Source: Candidatus Marinacidobacterales bacterium | GTDB taxonomy: Bacteria > Acidobacteriota > Vicinamibacteria > Marinacidobacterales > SMYC01 | Direction of reading: 5' to 3' | DNA: 64,000 bases | Assembly (NCBI GenBank): GCA_965224085.1 | Contig: CBDCYI010000009.1 | Coordinates: forward strand, 768,001-832,000 | Shown here: one piece after another, positions 29,293 through 38,890 of the stretch | How the letters are laid out: every line of letters begins with the position of its first letter | Position numbering within the stretch: position 1 is the first letter of the stretch | The notes under the pieces: model-generated | Databases searched by the model: none | What the model saw: only the letters and a program-made list of their open reading frames with translations | Told to the model about the DNA's origin: nothing | Position numbers and translations under genes: made by a program

Positions 29293-31061
29293 ACAGCTGG
29301 CGGAGGACGCATACCTGCGGCGAGCTCGGCGCGCAAGACGTCGGGCAGTCGGTGGTGCTCATGGGGTGGGTGGATGTCGTTCGCGACCTCGGCGGCATCA
29401 CTTTTCTCGAGCTGCGCGATCGTATGGGCGTGACGCAGATTCTGATTAGTCCGTCGTCGGGCGAAGGCGTCAAGGATACCGCCAAGCAAGTGGGCTCAGA
29501 GTGGGTTGTCGCGGTAAAAGGAGAGGTGCTGCGACGCGCCGAGGGTAACATCAACCGAAGCGTCGCGACGGGAGATATAGAAGTGCGTGCGGACAGGATC
29601 GAAGTTCTTTCCGAAGCAAAGACGCCGCCTTTCGAGCTCACCGAGAACGTCAAAGTCAGTGAGGTTTTGCGACTCCGCTACCGCTATCTCGATTTGCGAC
29701 GCGCTCCGATGCGGCGCAATCTCGAAAAACGCAGCAAGCTTGGCTTTGCCGGCCGCGAATATCTGACCCAGCATGGCTTTAACGAGATCGAGACGCCTTT
29801 CTTGACGAAGTCGACGCCCGAGGGGGCGCGCGACTATCTCGTGCCGAGTCGCGTGCACAAAGGCTCGTTCTACGCGCTTCCGCAGTCGCCGCAAATCTTC
29901 AAACAGCTCCTCATGATCTCGGGCATGGAGCGCTATTTTCAGATCGTGCGCTGTTTCAGGGACGAAGATCTCCGCGCCGACCGCCAGCCGGAGTTCACGC
30001 AAATCGATATCGAGATGTCCTTCGTCGAGCCGAGGGATGTCTACAGCCTTGTCGAGGGTCTCTTCGTCCACATGTTTCGGGCGGCCGACGTCGATGGCGT
30101 TATCCGTGCACCGTTCCCCAAGCTGAAATATAACGAGGCGATCGATAGGTACGGCTCGGACAAGCCCGACCTCCGTTTCGGCTGCGAGATTTCCGATCTC
30201 TCCGACATCGTCCGAGGCTCGGGCTACGCGATCTTCGAGAACATCCTCGAAGGCGGCGGGGTCGTGCGCGCCATCGTGGCCAAAGGTTGCGCGGGCTATT
30301 CCCGCAAAGACCTCGACAACTTGGAGGTTTCGGCAAAAGCGCTCGGCGCCAAGGGTCTCGGCTGGGCGCGCTGGACCGAGAGCGAGCTGAAGTCCCCGCT
30401 CGCGCGTCATCTCGGTGACGATCGCATGAAAAAGGCTTTCGAGACCGCGGGCGGCGTCGTCGGCGACCTTCTTCTCATCGTCGCGGGTGATCGCCCCCTC
30501 GCTTCCTCTGTCCTCGGCGGCCTTCGGCTCGAGCTCGCGAAGCGCGAGGGCTGGGTTCAAGAGGGGGGCTTCAAGTTCGTCTGGGTGACCGAGTTTCCAC
30601 TCCTCGAGTACTCGGAGTCCGACGGGCGCTGGTACTCGATGCATCACCCTTTCACTTCGCCTCATCCCGAGGATATGGACCTCATCGAAACGGATCCCGG
30701 CTCCGTGCGCGCGCTGGCTTACGACGTGGTTGCGAACGGCTACGAGCTCGGGGGCGGGAGCATCCGTATCCATAATTCGGGCGTCCAGGAAAAGATCTTC
30801 CGCGCGCTCGGTTTGAGTGACGAGGAGGCGAAGGAGAAATTCGGCTTCTTTCTGGAGGCGCTTCGATACGGCACCCCGCCTCATGGCGGGATTGCGCTCG
30901 GCTTCGACCGCATCGCGATGTTGGCCGTGGGAGGGACGAGCTTGCGGGACGTAATCGCCTTCCCGAAGACGACGTCGGCGCTCGACATGATGACGGGCTC
31001 GCCGTCGGATGTGACCCCCGATCAGCTCGACGAGCTCGGCATTTCCCTCAAAAAGGTCTAG
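29289..31061 (+). CDS. aspS: Aspartate--tRNA ligase
   Basis: RTHTCGEL, STPEGARDYLVP, FRDEDLRADRQPEFTQ, HHPFT, PPHGGIALG. Confidence 0.98.
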   Translation: MNSWRRTHTCGELGAQDVGQSVVLMGWVDVVRDLGGITFLELRDRMGVTQILISPSSGEGVKDTAKQVGSEWVVAVKGEVLRRAEGNINRSVATGDIEVRADRIEVLSEAKTPPFELTENVKVSEVLRLRYRYLDLRRAPMRRNLEKRSKLGFAGREYLTQHGFNEIETPFLTKSTPEGARDYLVPSRVHKGSFYALPQSPQIFKQLLMISGMERYFQIVRCFRDEDLRADRQPEFTQIDIEMSFVEPRDVYSLVEGLFVHMFRAADVDGVIRAPFPKLKYNEAIDRYGSDKPDLRFGCEISDLSDIVRGSGYAIFENILEGGGVVRAIVAKGCAGYSRKDLDNLEVSAKALGAKGLGWARWTESELKSPLARHLGDDRMKKAFETAGGVVGDLLLIVAGDRPLASSVLGGLRLELAKREGWVQEGGFKFVWVTEFPLLEYSESDGRWYSMHHPFTSPHPEDMDLIETDPGSVRALAYDVVANGYELGGGSIRIHNSGVQEKIFRALGLSDEEAKEKFGFFLEALRYGTPPHGGIALGFDRIAMLAVGGTSLRDVIAFPKTTSALDMMTGSPSDVTPDQLDELGISLKKV

Positions 31062-31162
31062 GCACTAGGAGGCTCCTGAAAAAGTACAACTGACCCGAAT
31101 GGGCCGACAAAACGCCGAGCGAGTGAGTGCTTCGCGAACGAGCCTTTAGGCAAGTCTTTGAT

Positions 31163-31191
31163 TTGACGGGCCTACCGGGCTGTGCTACGTT
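31163..31191 (+). promoter_or_regulatory. Sigma70-type promoter upstream of the phoH operon
   Basis: TTGACG-N17-TACGTT with extended -10 TG. Confidence 0.55.
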
Positions 31192-31340
31192 CAGGTGGCA
31201 TTATGCAAGAACTTGCGCGTCATCACTTTTCGCCGGTCGGCGTCGTCAAAACCCCATAATTTGAGAAAACGAGACGCTTTTGCGTTGTCGCATTTTCTGA
31301 AGGATGGAGTTTCCCTGAGGGAGGCAAGCGCTTTCGCTAC

Positions 31341-32327
31341 ATGAAGAAGATTTCGGTTCCCGAGGAAGGGGCGCGCGCCCTTTTCGGCGTTCACGACGAG
31401 AACCTGAAATCCCTCGAGAAATCTCTCGGCGTGCAGATCATAAGCCGCGGCGAGGAGCTTCTCGTCGAGGGCGACAGCGAGCAAGTCGCGAAGCTCGAGA
31501 ACATTTTCGGGCAACTCTCGGGACTCGCGGCGGACGGCCATCGTTTATCGGCGAGCGACCTTCGCATCGCGCTTCGGCTGATACGGCAAGACCCGGAAGT
31601 TTCGCTCCGAGATTACTTTGTCGGTGCCGTGATCTACCCGTCGAAGCACAAGAAGGTGATGCCGCGAAGCCTGCATCAGCTCGCCTATCTCGAGGCGATG
31701 GAGGAGCACGACATCGTTATCGCCATTGGACCGGCCGGCACGGGGAAGACCTACTTGGCGGTGGCGAAGGCGGTCGCAGCGCTCAATCAAAAGAAAGTCA
31801 GCCGCATCGTTCTGGCTCGTCCCGCGGTCGAAGCGGGGGAGAAGCTGGGCTTTCTCCCGGGAGACTTGCAGGAAAAAATCAACCCATATTTGAGGCCGCT
31901 CTACGACGCTCTATATGACGTCATGGATGCCGAGAAAGTGGTGCGGCTCATAGAGCGCGACATCATCGAGATCGCCCCGATCGCCTTCATGCGAGGTCGA
32001 ACTCTCAATGGGAGCTTCGTCATCTTGGACGAGGCCCAAAACACGACCTCCGAGCAAATGAAAATGTTTCTCACGCGAATCGGTTTCGGCTCGAATGCCG
32101 TCGTGACAGGCGACGTGACCCAGATCGACCTGCCTCCTGGAAAGACCAGTGGACTCGTCGAGTCCGCCGAGATCCTGTCGGACATCCCCGGCATCGCGTT
32201 CGTGAATTTCGACCCGACGGATGTGGTCCGCCATCCGCTCGTACAATCGATCATTCGGGCCTATGATCGAAAGAGGCTAGAGTCGCGACCCGTCTCCGTG
32301 CGCGACGCGACGAGCACCGAGTCTTAG
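31341..32327 (+). CDS. phoH: PhoH family ATPase
   Basis: [38 protein letters not shown]. Confidence 0.96.
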   Translation: MKKISVPEEGARALFGVHDENLKSLEKSLGVQIISRGEELLVEGDSEQVAKLENIFGQLSGLAADGHRLSASDLRIALRLIRQDPEVSLRDYFVGAVIYPSKHKKVMPRSLHQLAYLEAMEEHDIVIAIGPAGTGKTYLAVAKAVAALNQKKVSRIVLARPAVEAGEKLGFLPGDLQEKINPYLRPLYDALYDVMDAEKVVRLIERDIIEIAPIAFMRGRTLNGSFVILDEAQNTTSEQMKMFLTRIGFGSNAVVTGDVTQIDLPPGKTSGLVESAEILSDIPGIAFVNFDPTDVVRHPLVQSIIRAYDRKRLESRPVSVRDATSTES

Positions 32328-32343
32328 AGTGCCGCGCACAGAT

Positions 32344-32385
32344 CAATGTCCAATGACGAATGACGACTGACTAATGATGAACGAG
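32344..32385. repeat. Degenerate heptamer tandem repeat (nAATGAC x6), intergenic
   Basis: CAATGTC CAATGAC GAATGAC GACTGAC TAATGAT GAACGAG. Confidence 0.65.
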
Positions 32386-32401
32386 GCGCTGAAGGCTGTC
32401 G

Positions 32402-34777
32402 ATGGCTGAAATCGAACAAAGCGCTCCGAAGAAAAACGCGAAGTCTCACCGCGGTCCGAGGGGTTTGCGCAGGCGCGATCTCTTCGACCTCGCCTACGCC
32501 TCCGTCTGGCCATGGCTCGTGCTCTTCGTCATCGGTCTCACTGTCCTTTTGACGCCGGGACTCCATTTCCGCATACAGGAGTTCGAGCTCGGTCAGGTCT
32601 CGCCGGTCACCCTCCGCGCGCCGATCGATTTCAGCTATGAAGACGACGTAACGACCGAGGCGCGCCGAGTGGAAGCAGGCGAGGCTGTCCACGAAATCTT
32701 CGACTTCAACGACGGCGCGATGACGGATGCGCGGAGCCGAATAGCCTCCGCGTTCGAGTTTGGCCGAGAAGCGCTCGGGATCACACTCGTAGCCGAAGGC
32801 GAAGAGCTCGAGAGCGAAGAATCCCCAGAGTCCGAAAACACGACCCCGCTCATCGACGCAGGGGAGTTCGTCCTGCCTCGCGAAGAGTTGATGACGGCTC
32901 TTCAGGATCGTCTCGAGGTCACGCTCCGCGACGAAGAGCTCGAGCTTTTGCTCGAGCAGGAGTTCTCTCCTAACATCGAGCAGGTTCTGACGCAGGCCGT
33001 GACGAGCGTTTTGTCGCGAGACATCGTCGCGAGCAAGGAGAGACTCTTGGCCTCGGGGCGCCCGATGCGCCGCCGCGAGGAGATCAGCAAAGCTTCACAG
33101 ATCCGACGCGACTTCTCGAACATTCTCACGAGCGAAGAAGCGCGGGAGCTTCTGGTCGTGCAAATGGCGAGCACGTCGGACTTGCGTCAGGTGGAGAGAA
33201 GAAAGCTCACGGCCCTCGGCTCACGCTTCGTCGAGCCGACGCTCCGGTTCGCTTTCGCCGACACCGAAAGAGCGCGGAGCGAGGCACGCGCGCGCGTAGA
33301 TTCTGTTTACTATCAGGTGCCGCGCGGTAAGACCATCGTGCGCGCCGGGGATGAGATCGACGAGAACGTACTCCGGCAGCTCGAGTATCTTGCATCGGAG
33401 CAGGATCAGCGGTGGAGTCTCGCCGGTGTCGTCGGCGCCCTTTTCCTCGCCGGCGTCATCCTGTTGATCCAGTGGAATCTCCTGCGTCCATTACGCACCG
33501 GGGATGCGTGGAGACGTCAAACCTTCGCCCTCGTGGGCCTCGTCGTGATCGGCCATCTCGCGCTCGCGCGCATCGCGTTCAGGGTCGCGCGTCTCGTCTC
33601 CGAGCAGCTCGTCATCGCCCCGTTCAACAATTCAACCTCGTACTACTACGCGGTGCCGTTTGCTGCGGTGGCGGTCTTGATTTTGCTGCTCGAGCATACG
33701 CCGACGGCGCTTCTCGCATCGGCCTTGTTCTCGATTGCTCTCGGAGTCATGACGGGGAATCTGGAGCTCGCAATTTTTTGCCTGGTGTCCTGTCTGACCG
33801 CCATCCTCGGGCTGTTTCAATACAAGCGCCGGACGGAGCTCTTTAAAATCGGTCTTTTGATTGGGAGCATGAACTTCACCACGGTCCTTGCAATGGATCT
33901 TTTGACGGAGCGCTATTTCCCGCTGAGCACGTTCGGCTTCGATCTTGTCTGCGCGTTTCTCGGCGGCGCTAGTGTCTCGCTCGTGGTCTCGTCCTTGCTG
34001 CCTGCCGTAGAGGCGCTGTTCCATCGCACGACAGATATCCGCCTGCTCGAGCTCGCTAATAATAATGTACCCGTGTTGCGGCAGCTCGCCCTCGAGGCTC
34101 CGGGCACCTACCATCACAGTATTGTGGTCGGCTCGCTTTCCGAAGCCGCCGCCGAAGCCATCGGCGCCAACGCCGTCTTCTGCCGGACGGCGGCGATGTA
34201 TCACGACATCGGGAAGCTGACTAAAGTGGGCTATTTCGTCGAGAACCAAACGGGTGAAAACAAGCACGATACGCTGTCTCCGCGGATGAGCGCGCTCATT
34301 ATCGCGAGCCACGTGAAAGAAGGGATTCAGATGGGGAAGGCCATCGACCTTCCCGAGGAGATCATCGACGTTATCCCTCAGCACCACGGCACAAAGCTCA
34401 TCACTTACTTCTACCAGAAGGCGAAAGACCATCAGGACCCGGCGCTCGGCGAGGTGACCGAAGAGGAGTTTCGCTATCCGGGCCCGAAGCCGCAGACCAA
34501 AGAGGCCGGAATCATCATGATCGCGGATGCCGTGGAAGCCGCGTCCCGTACCCTTGATGAGCCAAGCCCTGCCCGGCTGAAGGGGATGATCCGTCAGATC
34601 ATCGACTACATTTTTCTCGATGGACAGCTCAACGAGTGCGACCTGACCCTGCGAGACCTCGAGAAAAGTGCGTCGGGTTTTCTGAGGGTGCTCATGGGCA
34701 TCCACCATCAACGCGTGAGCTATCCGGGTTTCGATTTCGAGAAAGAGGTCGAGCCCCTCGTCGTTCAGGACAGCTGA
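32402..34777 (+). CDS. 7TM-HD phosphohydrolase (PgpH-like c-di-AMP phosphodiesterase family)
   Basis: APGTYHHS, YHDIGK, FVENQ, QHHGT, YPGPKPQTKE, ADAVEAA. Confidence 0.92.
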   Translation: MAEIEQSAPKKNAKSHRGPRGLRRRDLFDLAYASVWPWLVLFVIGLTVLLTPGLHFRIQEFELGQVSPVTLRAPIDFSYEDDVTTEARRVEAGEAVHEIFDFNDGAMTDARSRIASAFEFGREALGITLVAEGEELESEESPESENTTPLIDAGEFVLPREELMTALQDRLEVTLRDEELELLLEQEFSPNIEQVLTQAVTSVLSRDIVASKERLLASGRPMRRREEISKASQIRRDFSNILTSEEARELLVVQMASTSDLRQVERRKLTALGSRFVEPTLRFAFADTERARSEARARVDSVYYQVPRGKTIVRAGDEIDENVLRQLEYLASEQDQRWSLAGVVGALFLAGVILLIQWNLLRPLRTGDAWRRQTFALVGLVVIGHLALARIAFRVARLVSEQLVIAPFNNSTSYYYAVPFAAVAVLILLLEHTPTALLASALFSIALGVMTGNLELAIFCLVSCLTAILGLFQYKRRTELFKIGLLIGSMNFTTVLAMDLLTERYFPLSTFGFDLVCAFLGGASVSLVVSSLLPAVEALFHRTTDIRLLELANNNVPVLRQLALEAPGTYHHSIVVGSLSEAAAEAIGANAVFCRTAAMYHDIGKLTKVGYFVENQTGENKHDTLSPRMSALIIASHVKEGIQMGKAIDLPEEIIDVIPQHHGTKLITYFYQKAKDHQDPALGEVTEEEFRYPGPKPQTKEAGIIMIADAVEAASRTLDEPSPARLKGMIRQIIDYIFLDGQLNECDLTLRDLEKSASGFLRVLMGIHHQRVSYPGFDFEKEVEPLVVQDS

Positions 34778-34847
34778 TGCCAGGATAGCTGATGCCAGGA
34801 CAGCTGATGCCAGGACGGCTGATGCGAGGACGGCTGATGAAAGAGGA
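34766..34847 (+). repeat. 15-bp tandem repeat x5 across the HD/ybeY stop-start junction
   Basis: CAGCTGATGCCAGGA TAGCTGATGCCAGGA CAGCTGATGCCAGGA CGGCTGATGCGAGGA CGGCTGATGAAAGAG. Confidence 0.9.
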
Positions 34848-35289
34848 CCCCGATCAAAGCGTCGTTGTCAGAAATCTGCAGCGGCGCTTCAAAGTCGACC
34901 AACGCGAGCTCCAATCCTTTCTCGCGCGTGTCGCGGTCTCGACGGGGGTCGACGAGAGCTCTGCTACGCTCGTTCTCGTCGCGGATGCTCGGATCCAAGA
35001 GCTCAATCGTGACTATCGCGGCTTCGACAAGCCGACCGACGTCCTGTCGTTCCACGGCGTGGGCGGGAGTGCGGACTATCTCGGTGACATCGTTATTTCC
35101 GTGGAGACGGCGGATCGGCACGCAAGAAGGCGCCACAGCAATCTTAAACGCGAGCTCAAGGTCTTGACACTTCACGGCTTCCTACATCTGCTCGGCTACG
35201 ACCACGAAACGGATAACGGCGAGATGCGCCGCATCGAATATCGCTTACGCCGGAAATTCCGGATCACGACTCCGAGGCGCGCCGCATGA
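34837..35289 (+). CDS. ybeY: rRNA maturation RNase YbeY (start may be 34792, 34807 or 34822)
   Basis: LNRDYRGFDKPTDVLSF, LGDIVIS, HGFLHLLGYDH. Confidence 0.95.
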   Translation: MKEDPDQSVVVRNLQRRFKVDQRELQSFLARVAVSTGVDESSATLVLVADARIQELNRDYRGFDKPTDVLSFHGVGGSADYLGDIVISVETADRHARRRHSNLKRELKVLTLHGFLHLLGYDHETDNGEMRRIEYRLRRKFRITTPRRAA

Positions 35290-36530
35290 TCTCATCTTGG
35301 CTCGCGGCTCTCGGCATTGCTCTATTGCTGGCGCTCGCGTTTTTTCTCGCGCTCATCGATGTCGCTTTCGACTACTTCAGCAAGATCTCGATCCGCGCTT
35401 ATCGCGAAGAGGGGTGGAAGCCAGAATATTTGACGCGCTCGCTCGAGGACCCGATGAGCTTTCTCCTACCGCTGCGCATCGGGCTTCAAGGTGCGTTCAC
35501 GGGAATCACCGTCCTCGTCACGATGTTGTTCTTGTTCTCGTCCGCGCCGCAGCCGTTTCTGCCGCTCCTTTTTGCCTTCGCGACGATGCTCGCGATCTTT
35601 CTCGTCTTTCGCGAGACTTTTCCGAACATCATCGCGCGCAAGAATCCCGAACATGTCCTGTTGACGCTCCTGCCCGCGTACCGTATCTACGCCAAGCTCG
35701 TCACGCCTATCAGCCGGCCGCTTTCTCGATTCGTCGGCGCGTTCATCCACGAAAGCGAAGAAGACGAGGTCGTTACGACCGAGGATGTGCAGGCTTTCAT
35801 CGAAGCGGGTGAGGAAGAAGGTATCCTCGAGGGTGACGAAGGGCGTATGGTGCAGTCTATCGTCGATCTCGGCGACAAAGTCGTGCGTGAGGTCATGACG
35901 CCGCGCCCAGAAATGGTGGCGATCCGAAATGACGCCACTCTCGGGGAAGTGCGCGAGCTTTTTACTAAAGAGAAACATGCGCGCGTTCCAGTTTATCGCG
36001 ACAGTCTCGACAACATCGAAGGGCTCCTCTATGCGATCGATTTGATTGCTTTTCTCGAAGCGAACCCGGACGCGGCGATCAAACCTCTCGTACGGGAAGT
36101 GAGCTTCGTCCCCGAGACGAAGAAGGTCTCGGCTCTCCTCGCCGAGTTCCAGAGGAGCAATCAAACGCTGACAATGGTCGTTGACGAATATGGCGGGATC
36201 TCAGGTCTCGTGACCGTGGAGGATATCCTGGAAGAGATCGTGGGCGAGATTCATGACGAGTTCGACGAAGTGGACCAGGAGATCGTCAAGGAACGCGACG
36301 GTGTCTTTCTTGTCAGCGGCCGTGCGGATATCGACGATGTGAAGCAACAGCTGCACTTCGAAGTGAACGGATCCGGCTTCGAGACGGTCTCGGGCTATGT
36401 TCTCGAATCGATCGGTCGTATCCCACGGGTGGGTGAGGTCATCGAGAATGGGGGCCTTCGCATCGAAGTCGTGGATGCGGACGGCCAGCGCATCCACAAG
36501 GTTCGCTTTCGCTTGGAGGGTGCTACCTAG
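35286..36530 (+). CDS. Hemolysin/CorC-HlyC family CBS protein
   Basis: TM N-terminus, VREVMTPR, VVDEYGGISGLVTVEDILEEIVGEI. Confidence 0.93.
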   Translation: MISSWLAALGIALLLALAFFLALIDVAFDYFSKISIRAYREEGWKPEYLTRSLEDPMSFLLPLRIGLQGAFTGITVLVTMLFLFSSAPQPFLPLLFAFATMLAIFLVFRETFPNIIARKNPEHVLLTLLPAYRIYAKLVTPISRPLSRFVGAFIHESEEDEVVTTEDVQAFIEAGEEEGILEGDEGRMVQSIVDLGDKVVREVMTPRPEMVAIRNDATLGEVRELFTKEKHARVPVYRDSLDNIEGLLYAIDLIAFLEANPDAAIKPLVREVSFVPETKKVSALLAEFQRSNQTLTMVVDEYGGISGLVTVEDILEEIVGEIHDEFDEVDQEIVKERDGVFLVSGRADIDDVKQQLHFEVNGSGFETVSGYVLESIGRIPRVGEVIENGGLRIEVVDADGQRIHKVRFRLEGAT

Positions 36531-36539
36531 GCGTCTTCG

Positions 36540-37421
36540 ATGCGTTCCGGATTCATCTCTATCGTTGGTCGGCCGAACGTCGGAAAGTCAACGCTCTTGA
36601 ACCGGCTCGTTGGCCAGAAGGTCGCGATCGTAACCGCCAAACCCCAGACGACGCGGAATCGAATCCTCGCCATCGCGAATCGGCCCGAGGCGCAAATGGT
36701 GTTTTTCGATACGCCCGGCCTTCACAGAGGGCGACACGAGATGGATCGGCTGATGCTGCAGGCGGCTCTGTCGAGTCTCAAGCGGGTGGACCTCGTTTTG
36801 CTGATGATCGATATCGGCAAGAGGTTCGGGGGCAGAGACGAGCACGTGATGAAGCTCATCAAAGAGGTACAGGTGCCCGTGATTCTGGGCATCAACAAGA
36901 TCGATGCGAGCAAGAAGCAAGACATCCTCCCCGTGATCGATGCCTATCGGCACAAGCACGACTTTGCCGAGATCGTGCCTTTCTCCGCACTGACGGGTGA
37001 CAACGTCGATCGTCTCGAATCCACGCTCAGGAGCTACCTCCCGGAGGGTGAAGTCCTCTATCCGGAAGAGACGCTCACGGATCTCTCGGAGCGCTTCTTC
37101 ATCTCCGAGATGGTCCGGGAAAAGATCCTCGAACTCACGCGTCAAGAGGTGCCGCACTCGACGGCCGTTCTCATCGACTCCTGGGAAGATGGCGACGCGC
37201 TCACGCGGATCGAAGCTTCCGTCCTCGTCGAGCGTGATTCGCAGAAAGTGATCCTTCTGGGCCGCGGGGGCGGGATGATGAAGAAAATCGGAACCGCGGC
37301 TCGTAAAGACGCAGAAGCGTTTCTTGGAACGAAAGTCTATCTCGGCCTCCACGTCAAAGTGCGCGGCGACTGGCGCGAGAACAGGCGGCTGTTGAACGAC
37401 CTCGGCATCGATTCACACTGA
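36540..37421 (+). CDS. era: GTPase Era
   Basis: GRPNVGKSTL, PQTTR, DTPG, NKID, C-terminal KH domain. Confidence 0.97.
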   Translation: MRSGFISIVGRPNVGKSTLLNRLVGQKVAIVTAKPQTTRNRILAIANRPEAQMVFFDTPGLHRGRHEMDRLMLQAALSSLKRVDLVLLMIDIGKRFGGRDEHVMKLIKEVQVPVILGINKIDASKKQDILPVIDAYRHKHDFAEIVPFSALTGDNVDRLESTLRSYLPEGEVLYPEETLTDLSERFFISEMVREKILELTRQEVPHSTAVLIDSWEDGDALTRIEASVLVERDSQKVILLGRGGGMMKKIGTAARKDAEAFLGTKVYLGLHVKVRGDWRENRRLLNDLGIDSH

Positions 37422-37443
37422 GTAGCTTTCTTTTTTCGACTTC

Positions 37444-38727
37444 TCAAGAAGCGCTCGCGAGCGACGCCTCGAGGATATCCAAGCCGCGCTCGAGCTCTTC
37501 GTCCGAGATCACGAGCGGCATGAGTGTTCGAATGACGTTTCCGTTCGCGGTCATCAACAAGAGCCCGCGCTCGAGCGCGTGTTCTAGAACACGATTGGCG
37601 CGTGACGTGTCGTCGAGCTCGAGACCGCACATGGCTCCGAGACCGCGCGCGTCTTTCACGAAGTCGAAGCGAGTGGCGAACTGGCGAAAGCTGGCCATCA
37701 CCGTCTTGCCGATGACGCCCGCGCGCTCGGGAAGGCTCGCTTCTTTCATGATGTCGAGGACAGCGTTCGCGGCCGCGCAGGCGATTGGGTTGCCGCCATA
37801 GGTCCCGCCGATCCCGCCGACTTGCGGCGCGTCGAGAATATCGGCTGGCGCCGTGATCGCGCTCAAGGGGAGGCCGGCCGCAAGTGACTTCGCCATGACG
37901 ACCATGTCGGGCACAACGTCGAAGTGCTCGAAAGCGAAGAGCGCTCCCGTACGCCCAAAGCCCGTTTGCACCTCGTCGCTCGCGAACAGGATGCCGTGCT
38001 CACGCGTTACCTCCCAGAGCGTGCGGAAAGCCGCGGGATGCGCGGGCAAAAAGCCGCCTTCGCCGAGCACGGGCTCGATCAACACGCAGGCAATGTGTTG
38101 CGGCTCGATCTGATACGTGAAAACTTGCTCGAGCGCGCTGCGGCAGGCGGCTTCGACCTCGCTATCGGGTCTCTCACCTGGGCCGAAGAACGGCTCGTAG
38201 GGAAGGCGATAGACCTCCGGTGCGAAAGGGCCAAAGCCTTCGGTGTAAGGCTTCACCTTGCCCGTAAGCGTCATCGCCAAAAGCGTCCGCCCGTGAAAGC
38301 CGCGTTCGAAGCTCAAAACCGCTTGCCGCCGCGTGTAGGCCCGGGCAATATTCACGGTATTCTCGGTCGCTTCGGCGCCGCTATTGAAGAGTACGGTTTT
38401 TTTCGGGCTGGGAATGGCGACGATCTCGTTGAGCCGCTCCGCGAGGCGGACGTAGGGCTCGTACATCACCACATGGAAGCACGTGTGGATGAAGCGCTCG
38501 GCCTGCTCACGGATAGCCGCAACGACTTTGGGGTGGTTGTGGCCCACGTTCTGGACGCCGATCCCGCCGCAAAAGTCGATGTATTCACGGCCATCGACGT
38601 CCCAGAGCTTCGCCCCTTCCGCCCTATCGGCAAAAATGGGCGCGACGTTGAAAGGGCCGCGCGGGACGGCCTTCTGGCGTCTGGACAGAAGCTCCGACTG
38701 TGTACTCTCGGAAGTCGGGGGGCTCAT
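37444..38727 (-). CDS. gabT: 4-aminobutyrate aminotransferase (class III)
   Basis: NSGAEA, FHGRT, EPVLGEGG, DEVQTGFGRTG, AKSLAAG, GGTYGGNP. Confidence 0.9.
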   Translation of the reverse strand: MSPPTSESTQSELLSRRQKAVPRGPFNVAPIFADRAEGAKLWDVDGREYIDFCGGIGVQNVGHNHPKVVAAIREQAERFIHTCFHVVMYEPYVRLAERLNEIVAIPSPKKTVLFNSGAEATENTVNIARAYTRRQAVLSFERGFHGRTLLAMTLTGKVKPYTEGFGPFAPEVYRLPYEPFFGPGERPDSEVEAACRSALEQVFTYQIEPQHIACVLIEPVLGEGGFLPAHPAAFRTLWEVTREHGILFASDEVQTGFGRTGALFAFEHFDVVPDMVVMAKSLAAGLPLSAITAPADILDAPQVGGIGGTYGGNPIACAAANAVLDIMKEASLPERAGVIGKTVMASFRQFATRFDFVKDARGLGAMCGLELDDTSRANRVLEHALERGLLLMTANGNVIRTLMPLVISDEELERGLDILEASLASAS

Positions 38728-38890
38728 GAAGCACGCTCCTAAGATCCTATAAGACGCCGCGATGGTGACACAGGGGTGCCACTAAATTCAAGAAAATACA
38801 CTAGTAACGGCCTAAAGGGGTTGGTGGCGTTCAGCTGTTGTGTTAGTCTAGTCTCGACGATGGCCGAATCGATCCCGATAGGTAGCCAAT

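Noticed and set aside
29496-30884. Long antisense ORFs (also 23951-25219, 33632-34711, 56912-57937)
   Set aside because: Shadow frames of high-GC genes with no recognisable motifs
31062-31340. 6S RNA or riboswitch after aspS
   Set aside because: No long rod-like complementarity or recognisable aptamer by eye; an Rfam scan would settle it
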